Of a stretch of 29,432 nt of DNA, positions 8,447 through 16,206 are shown one piece after another. The position numbers and the translations under genes are program-made. Each line of letters opens with the position of its first letter. The first letter of the stretch is position 1. Origin of the DNA: a virus (taxonomy: Duplodnaviria; Caudoviricetes); IMG/VR virus record IMGVR_UViG_3300038379_000584, positions 1 through 29,432 of that record; one strand, given 5' to 3'. The notes below the pieces were generated by a model. It was given only the letters and a program-made list of their open reading frames with translations. It had not been told where the DNA came from and made no database searches.

Positions 8447-8857
8447 ATGACACCCGATGGGAAGCAGGCGATGTCGCAGATGGACGCAATGGAAACCGCG
8501 CTGTGGCACGCACTCGGGACGTTGCAGGAAGTCGAGCTGCGCGACAAGGTGCAGGTCCGCAACTTTGGCCCAATAGCCGCTCTGCGGCCCGATAACGGAG
8601 GAAATATGACCAGCACAAGTTATATAAAAACCTGCCCTGTATGCCACAGGAACTTTGTTCCATCCCTCTCCATGGATGTGGACTTCCAAGCGAAGCTGCG
8701 CCGCTGGAACCACGGAGCATACGTGCAAGAAGTGTGGCCCTGGGCCACTCCCATGCAGCGCGAGCAGATCATCAGTGGCATCTGCAGCGACCGTTGCTGG
8801 GATGCGCTATATATGGACGCTGACGCTGACGCCGACGCTGAGGAGCCAGCCCAGTGA
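8447..8857 (+). CDS. Zn-binding small phage protein (CPVC...C-x3-CW); likely true start 8606
   Basis: GGAGGA RBS before ATG 8606; motif W..G.YVQ..WP....REQIISGIC...CW. Confidence 0.75.
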   Translation: MTPDGKQAMSQMDAMETALWHALGTLQEVELRDKVQVRNFGPIAALRPDNGGNMTSTSYIKTCPVCHRNFVPSLSMDVDFQAKLRRWNHGAYVQEVWPWATPMQREQIISGICSDRCWDALYMDADADADAEEPAQ

Positions 8858-9048
8858 TGGAACGAAGCGAAATCACAATGGCAGGCCGCGTTGTTTCACT
8901 GACAATTGTCACAGTTGCCATGGTAACGTGGATCTGGGCATGCTTCACGATCCATGAGCGGGCAAAGCAGCGCGTCGCAGAGATTGCCTGCATGGACACA
9001 CAGGACCCGCGCGCCTGCCTATCCAACCTTCGCATAAATGGAGAGTAG
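8854..9048 (+). CDS. Small single-pass membrane protein
   Basis: Hydrophobic stretch VVSLTIVTVAMVTWIWACFTI; overlaps upstream stop. Confidence 0.65.
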   Translation: MMERSEITMAGRVVSLTIVTVAMVTWIWACFTIHERAKQRVAEIACMDTQDPRACLSNLRINGE

Positions 9049-9051
9049 CCA

Positions 9052-9273
9052 ATGGCCATCTACAAAACCACCTCAGGTGACTACAAGCGTATGCCGGAGC
9101 CTCCCCTTGATGAGCCATACGAGGAGGTGGAATACTGCCACGTGTGCGGTGCAGAGAAAGAATGGGAAGAATGGGAAACAGACACGCGCGGTGAGGGCCG
9201 TATGGAATGCACCAATCCACTATGTGGCTTGGAGCCTTCCTTCGAAGATCCCGATGAGGACCCCAGGCCGTGA
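9052..9273 (+). CDS. Small acidic Zn-ribbon protein
   Basis: GGAG RBS; CHVC...CTNPLC; Glu/Asp-rich. Confidence 0.75.
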   Translation: MAIYKTTSGDYKRMPEPPLDEPYEEVEYCHVCGAEKEWEEWETDTRGEGRMECTNPLCGLEPSFEDPDEDPRP

Positions 9274-9662
9274 CCAACCCCAAGCATACAATGGAAGAAG
9301 AGCGGCGCGCCTGGGATATGTACGCGGCGCGGGTGCCCGGAACGGGGTCTTCGAACGGACTGCCCCCAGCAGCCATCGACGCGGCGGAATACGCCGAAGA
9401 TGCGGCGGAGCGGTGGTTAGACCCAGAGATCCATGCGATGTGCGTCGAGGCTATCGACTACGACCGGATGCGCCAGCGTGCTGACGCCGCCGAGGCCCGG
9501 CTCGCGCAGGTAGAGGCGGCGTTGGAGAGGCTGTTCACGTTCGACATCTATTCCACATTCGACGCGAAGGGCAGCTACACCGCCAGAAAAGCTGTGGAGT
9601 GGAGCCTGCTGTGTGAGCAGGCTCGCGCCCTACTCACCCCGCCCACGAAGGAGATGCCATGA
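9270..9662 (+). CDS. Hypothetical protein
   Basis: GTGA and ATGA overlaps with both neighbours; coiled-coil-like segment. Confidence 0.7.
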   Translation: MTNPKHTMEEERRAWDMYAARVPGTGSSNGLPPAAIDAAEYAEDAAERWLDPEIHAMCVEAIDYDRMRQRADAAEARLAQVEAALERLFTFDIYSTFDAKGSYTARKAVEWSLLCEQARALLTPPTKEMP

Positions 9663-10021
9663 GTGACGATACATCACAGCGAGAGATGACCCTCGACGAG
9701 CTGTATGGGCTTCATTCCCTACGCTCCCAGCTCGCGCAGGTGGAAGGGTCGAAGCTCGTGAGAAACATGGCGGAGGAGATCGATTACCTCCGCTCCCAGC
9801 TCGCCGCCGTCAAAGCGGACGCGGATCGGTGGCGTGGTCTGGTTGAGCTGGCCAGGCCCGGACAGATCGTGTCGATCAGCGAGCAAAATGGCGTCTGGGA
9901 AGTCAGTCGCAAAGGTATCGATCCGTGCGCACTGATCGACATCCTACAACTCGAAAACACACCCGAGGACACACTCGACGCCGCCTTGCGGGAGAGGAAA
10001 TGGAAGGACAGGGAACCATGA
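9659..10021 (+). CDS. Hypothetical protein
   Basis: AAGGAG RBS, ATGA overlap; internal LRSQLA repeat. Confidence 0.7.
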   Translation: MSDDTSQREMTLDELYGLHSLRSQLAQVEGSKLVRNMAEEIDYLRSQLAAVKADADRWRGLVELARPGQIVSISEQNGVWEVSRKGIDPCALIDILQLENTPEDTLDAALRERKWKDREP

Positions 10022-10151
10022 AGGTTCTAGGACCCAAGCGAGCAGCCGCACAAGCAGTGCCAGCGCATCGCTGGGCCATTCCGTGACCCTCAGTTGAAGG
10101 CGGAGGAGGGCCAAGAGTGACCACCACCTATGAAGATGGGAACCAGAAGTA

Positions 10152-10598
10152 ATGGACATCACGATCCAGCGCTTCGCATATACACCAATGGGTACCTTCG
10201 GTCGCCTTTCCCTCTACACCGACCCAAATGGCCCTGTGCAGTTCAAGTGCTTCACACTGGAAGGACTTTGGACCGATAACCAAGGCGGATGCATCCCACT
10301 CGGTCATTACGAGTGCCAGCATTCCTTCTTCCACCAGGGCAACTACCCATGTATCGAAGTCCAATGCCCGCCACGCAGCCGAATCCTCTTCCACATAGGT
10401 AATACCCTCCTAGACACATCCGGCTGTATCCTACCTGGGACACGGCTCGGCATTGTAAGCGGAAGCTGGGCCGTAATCTCCAGCCGCGTGGCGTTCAACC
10501 ACCTCATGTCCCTGCTCCCACCAGACAGGCCCATCCACCTCTTCCTCACAAACAACACAGAAGGAACGTCATGGACACAGTCTCAGAAACCGTGGTAG
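10152..10598 (+). CDS. DUF5675-family protein (L,D-transpeptidase-like fold, possible peptidoglycan hydrolase)
   Basis: Motifs TFGRL..CFTLE..W.DN...CIP.G.Y..RSRILFHIGN...DTSGCILPG. Confidence 0.8.
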   Translation: MDITIQRFAYTPMGTFGRLSLYTDPNGPVQFKCFTLEGLWTDNQGGCIPLGHYECQHSFFHQGNYPCIEVQCPPRSRILFHIGNTLLDTSGCILPGTRLGIVSGSWAVISSRVAFNHLMSLLPPDRPIHLFLTNNTEGTSWTQSQKPW

Positions 10599-10678
10599 AG
10601 CTGCGCAAACTGCGGCTACCTGGAGCTTGCCATTGCGGTCTTGAAAGGAAGGCACAGGCCCAATCAAAATTTGATTGA
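10571..10678 (+). CDS. Possible 35-aa peptide MDTVSETVVELRKLRLPGACHCGLERKAQAQSKFD
   Basis: AAGGA RBS; fills the gap between two genes; below the ORF-track cutoff. Confidence 0.4.
   Translation: MDTVSETVVELRKLRLPGACHCGLERKAQAQSKFD
10661..10677. promoter_or_regulatory. Palindromic site copy 4 (CAATCAAAATTTGATTG)
   Basis: Perfect 8-1-8 inverted repeat 13 nt before the HTH gene. Confidence 0.8.
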
Positions 10679-10690
10679 AGACCACAAATA

Positions 10691-11596
10691 ATGCCAGCGC
10701 AAACACACCTTCCCCCTTCCACCGTTGCCAGGATAAAGCAGCTCATCTCCGAGGGCCGCCTGCAGCACTACATTGCTCGTGAATGCTCCACGACGCAGCC
10801 TGTCATCAGCCTAATCAAATCAGGCCGCCGGTATAGCGCGATCCCATGGCCGAACGGGAAGATAGGAAGCTACAAACAGGCCTATCCAGACCCAGCACCT
10901 GAACAAAACCAAAATGCTCCAGGTGACCTGCTAGCCGTCCCTAAGCCGGGAAAGAGCCTAAAGGAGCGCACGGGCGTAGCTGGCTTCAACTGGTGTCCCG
11001 ATGCACTAGCGTATGCAGAATTCTCAGACGCCGCACGCCTTGGTATGCTCGAAGCTGTAAACAACGAGCGCGCCTCGCACGGCATTGACCCACTCCCAGA
11101 CGTATCAGTCGAGTGGGAAATATTCATAGATAACCAAGCCCCCGCAGAGCTCTCCCCTGAGGAGCAGGAAAAGCGCGCCCTTCGCGCGTACCAGGCTGAA
11201 GACAGGCGCCGCGCGCTCATTTATCGCTCCTTCCAGGACTTGATCGACGCCCAGCTCCAGGAAGCTGCAACTAAAAAACTCAACACAATGCTCCTCACAG
11301 TCCCGCCACCTGCACAGGACCCACCACCTGCCCCAGGTGCACTGGACCCGTCGCAGTACCAAACAGCCGACTGGGAGTGGGTAAAAAGAACTGCTCGCAC
11401 ACACATCCTGGTCCGCGAGGCGCAAACAGACCGCAATCCAGCCCTCTGCGAAGCCATCTGCATTGCCTTTGCCCAGCTCCCAAAGCACCAATGGCCGAGG
11501 CAGGAGGCCCTCGAAGTCATCCGTTCTATTGAACAGGAAGTCCTCCAGAGCCCCGCTGCACTAGCCGCGGGCCAATCCAAGCTAGGAGCCCCCTAA
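10691..11596 (+). CDS. N-terminal HTH protein, putative regulator
   Basis: VARIKQLISEGRLQHYIARECSTTQPVISLIKSGRRY HTH; remainder unrecognised. Confidence 0.7.
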   Translation: MPAQTHLPPSTVARIKQLISEGRLQHYIARECSTTQPVISLIKSGRRYSAIPWPNGKIGSYKQAYPDPAPEQNQNAPGDLLAVPKPGKSLKERTGVAGFNWCPDALAYAEFSDAARLGMLEAVNNERASHGIDPLPDVSVEWEIFIDNQAPAELSPEEQEKRALRAYQAEDRRRALIYRSFQDLIDAQLQEAATKKLNTMLLTVPPPAQDPPPAPGALDPSQYQTADWEWVKRTARTHILVREAQTDRNPALCEAICIAFAQLPKHQWPRQEALEVIRSIEQEVLQSPAALAAGQSKLGAP

Positions 11597-11790
11597 TGAC
11601 AACTCCAAAGATCAAGGGTCACATCTCTGGCCTACGAAACACACAACGAGAGAAAATCCACGTCCAGTTGGAATGGCCTACTGGCCGCGTAGGCCTTGCC
11701 TGCCGCCGTCATATGGTCTTCTTCACCTCCACATCAGAGCCAGTCACATGCCAGACTTGTCTCCGTGTCCTCTACCGCCTTTCCCTCTAA
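11596..11790 (+). CDS. Small Zn-finger-like protein
   Basis: H...AC...VTCQTC; TAATG overlap. Confidence 0.65.
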   Translation: MTTPKIKGHISGLRNTQREKIHVQLEWPTGRVGLACRRHMVFFTSTSEPVTCQTCLRVLYRLSL

Positions 11791-11813
11791 GCCAAATCAA
11801 AGGAACCCTAACC

Positions 11814-12233
11814 ATGCTCGGCCTCTGCTACCCCACTCCGACCTCAGACATCGAGAAGTACCAATGGGAAGGCATCGCTCGTGCTTACAACATCGAATAC
11901 ACCTGGCCCATCCACCTTCACACTGACTACAATAAACTCCTCACATCACTGCGACAAAGTGCCACACTCGTCTGCGCCACGTCAACAATGCGCCACTGGT
12001 GGCTGAACCAAGCCATGCGGCAGCGAATGATCCAGTCTTCCACCTTCCACCACCCAACGGACTGCATCTACATAATCGGCTTCAATACAGACCCACATCT
12101 GGAATGCACAGTCCTCGACCGCGCGCACCATATTCTCCTCGCAGAGCTCCCGTCACCTACACTGCTCTCCCCACCGGTCCTGGCCTCCATCCTCCTCGAC
12201 AGGCGCTTCGCCCAGTTCCAGGAGCGTATCTAA
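11814..12233 (+). CDS. Degenerate SPOUT (SpoU/TrmH-like) methyltransferase-fold protein
   Basis: AAGGA RBS before ATG 11814; FHHPTDCIYIIG...ELPSPTLLSPPVLASILLDR resembles SpoU C-terminal motifs. Confidence 0.5.
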   Translation: MLGLCYPTPTSDIEKYQWEGIARAYNIEYTWPIHLHTDYNKLLTSLRQSATLVCATSTMRHWWLNQAMRQRMIQSSTFHHPTDCIYIIGFNTDPHLECTVLDRAHHILLAELPSPTLLSPPVLASILLDRRFAQFQERI

Positions 12234-12274
12234 ATGTCCGCGCCATCACTTCCAAAGAGCACGACCTGAATTGA

Positions 12275-12418
12275 TGGAGGGGGATAAAGAACAGGGGCGG
12301 AGGGGCAAGGACTGCACATAACCCAGTAAACTGGGGCCGAACGGCCCAGCTTTCACCTGGCTAATGTCGCGATGTTCCTTGAATCCCACCCCCTCCGTCC
12401 CTGTTCACTCCCTGTCCA
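12275..12418 (+). ncRNA. Candidate structured RNA (about 145-nt rod-like hairpin)
   Basis: 12289-12305 pairs with 12390-12406 (17 bp, one G-U); CAAGGA/TCCTTG; further nested stems; intergenic. Confidence 0.55.
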
Positions 12419-12421
12419 GTG

Positions 12422-12463
12422 TGAAAAATTGGTATTGACAACTTTTCCCATTTATGCCATAAT
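12422..12463 (+). promoter_or_regulatory. Sigma70-type promoter for the replication operon
   Basis: TGAAAAATTGGTA-TTGACA(12435)-17 nt-CATAAT(12458), TG extended -10. Confidence 0.8.
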
Positions 12464-12484
12464 GCAGATTCACAATTAGCGGCA

Positions 12485-12497
12485 ATCAAAATTTGAT
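12485..12497. promoter_or_regulatory. Palindromic site copy 5
   Basis: ATCAAAATTTGAT about 15 nt downstream of the predicted TSS, an operator-like position. Confidence 0.8.
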
Positions 12498-12587
12498 CGC
12501 CACTACACAGCGCATGCATAGGGCATGCACAGAACAAACAAATGTCACACACGCCTGCAGTGCAGGCAAACAAAGGAACAACACGCA

Positions 12588-12932
12588 ATGTCTATCATGG
12601 AAAAGGTCTCGGCGAAGATTACGGATGGTCCTGAAGTTACGGTTGACTTCGAGCTGGACGATAACATCCAGGACGCGATCAATCGCTACGGAGAGGACGT
12701 GGTGATGAGCAGGTACAGGGCCTCGCTCATTATCGACCTCCAGTCATTCCTGCGCACGCAGATGAAGAAGGAAAGCTGGACTCCTGACGGAATCCAGCAG
12801 GCCGTGAAGAACTGGGTGCCTGGTGTGAAGGCCCGTGGGCGCTCGCCGGCGGAGCGCGCGGCAGAGCTGTTCTCCAAGCTCAGCGAGGAGGAGAAGGCAC
12901 AGCTGCTCGAGGAGCTGCGCAGTCAGCTCTAA
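12588..12932 (+). CDS. Hypothetical protein (114 aa), possible paralog of 7310-7720
   Basis: AAGGA RBS before ATG 12588; first gene after the promoter; strongly C/G-ending codons. Confidence 0.85.
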   Translation: MSIMEKVSAKITDGPEVTVDFELDDNIQDAINRYGEDVVMSRYRASLIIDLQSFLRTQMKKESWTPDGIQQAVKNWVPGVKARGRSPAERAAELFSKLSEEEKAQLLEELRSQL

Positions 12933-12950
12933 CCCAACCCAGGACAGAAT

Positions 12951-13020
12951 GGGGCCTGTCAGGTATGGCGAGAAAACTAACTCTGGGCAGGGCTGGAAAC
13001 TCGCCTGCCTGGCAGGCCTT
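12951..13020 (+). other. Long RNA hairpin (RNase III site-like or terminator)
   Basis: GGCCTGTCAGGTA(T)GGCGAG pairs with CTCGCCTGCCTGGCAGGCC using G-U pairs; A-rich internal loop and inner hairpin. Confidence 0.6.
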
Positions 13021-13071
13021 CTTCTTCACATCCACATCTACATCCACAGCATCGCAGAATGGAAACACACA

Positions 13072-13419
13072 ATGACTAAGTCTGAAGAATCCTTGGTAAA
13101 GAGCGTAATGGAGCTTCTCGTCGCCGAGGGAATAAATATAGAGCTTGCCGCTGCCTTTGCTGAATTTATGCAATACGGCGCACGCTGCAGCGGGCATACG
13201 GATGGACTCAAAAAAACCCTCGATGCGATGGTTCCACCTATAGCAAGTGTCACCCTCGCCATGGGTGGAAGGGAGACCATGGATGTAACGGAGAAGGTAA
13301 AGGAGCTAACTGGAATCTTCATCAAACTGGACTCCATGCTCGCCGCCATCACGGAACGCATCAAGGACTCCTCCCTCCAATTCATTGCTGCGTCCAAAGA
13401 GGCCCTGGGAGATGAATAA
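13072..13419 (+). CDS. Hypothetical helical protein
   Basis: ATG 13072 lies after the hairpin; the track start at 12835 overlaps the previous gene. Confidence 0.7.
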   Translation: MTKSEESLVKSVMELLVAEGINIELAAAFAEFMQYGARCSGHTDGLKKTLDAMVPPIASVTLAMGGRETMDVTEKVKELTGIFIKLDSMLAAITERIKDSSLQFIAASKEALGDE

Positions 13420-13735
13420 CAGACGCCCTCGTGTCTACATTCCGAATAAATCAGGCCATGATTACAGTAGCGCAACTCGCTTTGGTGACTTGGTCTTCAT
13501 CACAACGGGAACAGTAGACAAATTCAACATGGACAAGTACGCTTCAGATGCCATGCTTGCGATGACTGATGCCATAGGGGATGACTATATCCTCCTTGCA
13601 TCACTCACAAGCCTCTGTTGCATCTGCACAGCGATCATGGCGCGCCGCTTTGGCCGCGTGAACTTCCTGATATATCGCCGCGACAGATACATTGAACGTT
13701 CCCTCTCAATCGACCACCTTGGAAAGGACGAATAA
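13412..13735 (+). CDS. Phage hypothetical protein (small alpha/beta)
   Basis: VYIPNKSGHDYSSA..FGDLVFIT...DDYILL; overlaps upstream stop. Confidence 0.8.
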   Translation: MNNRRPRVYIPNKSGHDYSSATRFGDLVFITTGTVDKFNMDKYASDAMLAMTDAIGDDYILLASLTSLCCICTAIMARRFGRVNFLIYRRDRYIERSLSIDHLGKDE

Positions 13736-13737
13736 TC

Positions 13738-14724
13738 ATGCGCTTCTACGACAACACAATGCTCAGTGCCCATAAACAGTGCCGCCGGAAGTACCTCATG
13801 CGGCATGTGCTGCACTGGACTGGAACTGGTATGTCACCTGAGCTCGGCTTTGGCCTGAGCTGGCACAGTGCAATGGATGCTGTCTGGGCAGCCTTCCATG
13901 CTGGGGAGAAGGAAACAAAGGAAATTGCACGGGCAGGCTTTCATGCCTTCTCAGATACATGGTATGAAAAGTGCGGCTTCCCGCATCCTGGCGAATCTGA
14001 TCCCTCAGTATGGGCCGACTTCAAATATCGCACTCCAGACACTGCGGCCGAGATGCTGTTGAACTACATCCCGGACAGGCGCAGGATGCTCAGTGGTGAA
14101 ATGGAACTTCTCGCGATCGAACAGCCCTTCGTAGTGCCACTGGATCCTGAGGATCCTACACTTTTCTACTGCGGCCGCATTGACAAGTTGGTAAGGTGGC
14201 GTGGAAAGGTCTGGGTCATTGACCACAAGACAAGCTCCCAATACCGCGTAGATGGGGGCTTTGCTCCTGGCTTCACCCAGTCCTTCAGCCCAAACAGCCA
14301 GGTTGACGGCTACGCATTCGCGGCGCATATGCTATACGGAGCCGAATTCAAAGGCGTTCTTATTGATGCTGCGCTAGTGTGGAAAACGCGCCATGATGTA
14401 TTCGACTGGATTCCTATTGAAAAGCACGCCTCCACGCTGGACTCCTGGCTCGTCGAAGCCCGTGAGGAAGTTGCCCTGATTGAATCTCAGCATGCGCGCC
14501 TGGCCCAGTACCAGGATACGCACTACCTGCCAGTATTCCCCAGGAACACAAACGCATGCTGGGACTACAATCGCTGCTGTCTCTACGCAGACATCTGCGC
14601 GACGCAGGGAAACCCCCTGGCCGTTGGGAAACCTGAAGGAATGATCGTTGAGCAGTGGTCTCCATTCGAACAGAACCGCATTGCTGAGCTTGGCCTTAGC
14701 CAAGATCCCGAGGTGAGCAAATGA
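13738..14724 (+). CDS. PD-(D/E)XK Cas4/RecB-like exonuclease
   Basis: CRRKY, G..WH, IEQPF, GRIDKL, VIDHKT, Q...YA, C-terminal C-x5-CC-x5-C Fe-S-type ligands. Confidence 0.92.
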   Translation: MRFYDNTMLSAHKQCRRKYLMRHVLHWTGTGMSPELGFGLSWHSAMDAVWAAFHAGEKETKEIARAGFHAFSDTWYEKCGFPHPGESDPSVWADFKYRTPDTAAEMLLNYIPDRRRMLSGEMELLAIEQPFVVPLDPEDPTLFYCGRIDKLVRWRGKVWVIDHKTSSQYRVDGGFAPGFTQSFSPNSQVDGYAFAAHMLYGAEFKGVLIDAALVWKTRHDVFDWIPIEKHASTLDSWLVEAREEVALIESQHARLAQYQDTHYLPVFPRNTNACWDYNRCCLYADICATQGNPLAVGKPEGMIVEQWSPFEQNRIAELGLSQDPEVSK

Positions 14725-15035
14725 AAGTTGTAGACCTCCATGCAGTTATCCAGTCCATCCACGGAATGCGTGTGTGCATAACTGCAAATGGAACAAGACT
14801 GGTTGAGCTTTCACTCTTCGAGCCCCCGCCTGGTACGTCCACCGAGGATCAGGAATACATCAGCGCTATGCTAATGGCCGTTGTGCACTTTACCAGCCTA
14901 ATTAGAAACCTAAGTAAAGACAAAATGACTGAGCTACAGAATCACCTAATGCAGGCTATGGATATAGGGGGGCTTGCTCTTGACCACAACCCAGCGGCTG
15001 ACGATCTCTCTCGACTTCAACGGCGTCCTGAATAG
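14721..15035 (+). CDS. Hypothetical protein
   Basis: GAGGTG RBS, ATGA overlap. Confidence 0.7.
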   Translation: MKVVDLHAVIQSIHGMRVCITANGTRLVELSLFEPPPGTSTEDQEYISAMLMAVVHFTSLIRNLSKDKMTELQNHLMQAMDIGGLALDHNPAADDLSRLQRRPE

Positions 15036-15372
15036 TTATCGGCACGGCTGGCAGGGCACTGGCGTCATAAGCGATGCACCTACAGCGGGAGCTATGCAAT
15101 CCCTCTGCGAGTACGTTCGCTACTTCAACATTGCCATAACCAGCCGCGGCGCGACAGATCCACAACACCATAGTGCAATGAAGGCCTGGCTCAGGCATTG
15201 GCTCGTCGCCTACATGGGGGAGTCGGGAGCCTCAGGTGTCCTCTCCCAAATCCAGTGGCCAACTCAGCTAATTCCTTGCCACCTTCACATCGACGACCGT
15301 GCCTTCCTTTTCACAGGCACCTTCCCCTCCGTTGACCAGATCAAGCAGTTTAGACCCTGGCACAGGAGATAA
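14974..15372 (+). CDS. HAD-like (polynucleotide phosphatase/nucleotidase-type) protein
   Basis: ISLDFNGVLNSY...ITSR...HIDDRA motifs; start uncertain. Confidence 0.8.
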   Translation: MLLTTTQRLTISLDFNGVLNSYRHGWQGTGVISDAPTAGAMQSLCEYVRYFNIAITSRGATDPQHHSAMKAWLRHWLVAYMGESGASGVLSQIQWPTQLIPCHLHIDDRAFLFTGTFPSVDQIKQFRPWHRR

Positions 15373-15375
15373 ATC

Positions 15376-16179
15376 ATGCCACTCAAAGCCATCCAGAATG
15401 CGAAGGATGCAGAAGTCACGAAGCCAAAGATCCTCTGCATCGGCCCAGCTGGCGTGGGCAAAACAGCCCAGTTCCTTACCCTACCTGGCAAAAAGTTCGC
15501 TTACATCTTCGACCCGAACTCAGTCGATACGCTAAAGGGATTTGATGTCGACTTTCTTCCATTCATTCCAGATAAGGAAGACCTAAACCTGGCTGTTGTC
15601 GCACTCGCCGCGGGAAAAGCGGATAAGCCGCGTCGCAACTCCACACCGCAAACATACGTTGACTGGGAAGCCGACTTCGACGAGCGTCTCGAGAAGAACT
15701 TCTTCGATGCGTATGACTGGATCTCTATTGACGGCTGCACCACACTCTCCGAGATCATTATGGACCGTATTCAGTGGATCAATGGCCGCCTCGGTAAGCA
15801 GCCCGAACAGGCAGACTACGCCGCTGAGATGAATACGTTCAAGAACATCTTCCGTACCCTTACCAATCTCAAGTCCAATTTATACTGCACCGCACATACT
15901 GAGATCCAGCGGGATGAGACTACAGCCAAGACCTATGCCCAGTTGGTAATGACTGGTCGTAACCGCACGCGCCTCCCAATGCGCTTCTCTCAGATCTATG
16001 GTCTAGAAGTTTCCACTGGTGAAAAAGGCAAGCCCATCTGGCAGGCGCACACGATCCAGGATAAAATGCATCCAAGCGTCCGCACAACTGTCAAAGGCCT
16101 TCAGCCAATCGAAGACGTAACTATCGACTGGTCGAAGAATCCTATCGGTCAGGGGATCGGTAGGTTTTGTATGAAGTAA
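15376..16179 (+). CDS. AAA_24 / Sak4-like ATPase (ssDNA-annealing recombinase)
   Basis: Walker A GPAGVGKT, ISIDGCTTL, CTAH; lies between the exonuclease and SSB. Confidence 0.88.
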   Translation: MPLKAIQNAKDAEVTKPKILCIGPAGVGKTAQFLTLPGKKFAYIFDPNSVDTLKGFDVDFLPFIPDKEDLNLAVVALAAGKADKPRRNSTPQTYVDWEADFDERLEKNFFDAYDWISIDGCTTLSEIIMDRIQWINGRLGKQPEQADYAAEMNTFKNIFRTLTNLKSNLYCTAHTEIQRDETTAKTYAQLVMTGRNRTRLPMRFSQIYGLEVSTGEKGKPIWQAHTIQDKMHPSVRTTVKGLQPIEDVTIDWSKNPIGQGIGRFCMK

Positions 16180-16206
16180 CGCAACGTAACAAAGACAAGA
16201 AGGAAA

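Noticed and set aside
8079-8720. 213-aa minus-strand ORF
   Set aside because: Runs through the repeat region and promoter, antisense to a supported gene, Arg/Ala-rich shadow composition.
13738-14724. Cas4-like gene as part of a CRISPR-Cas system
   Set aside because: No repeat-spacer array or other cas genes; context is the standard exonuclease-Sak4-SSB recombination module.
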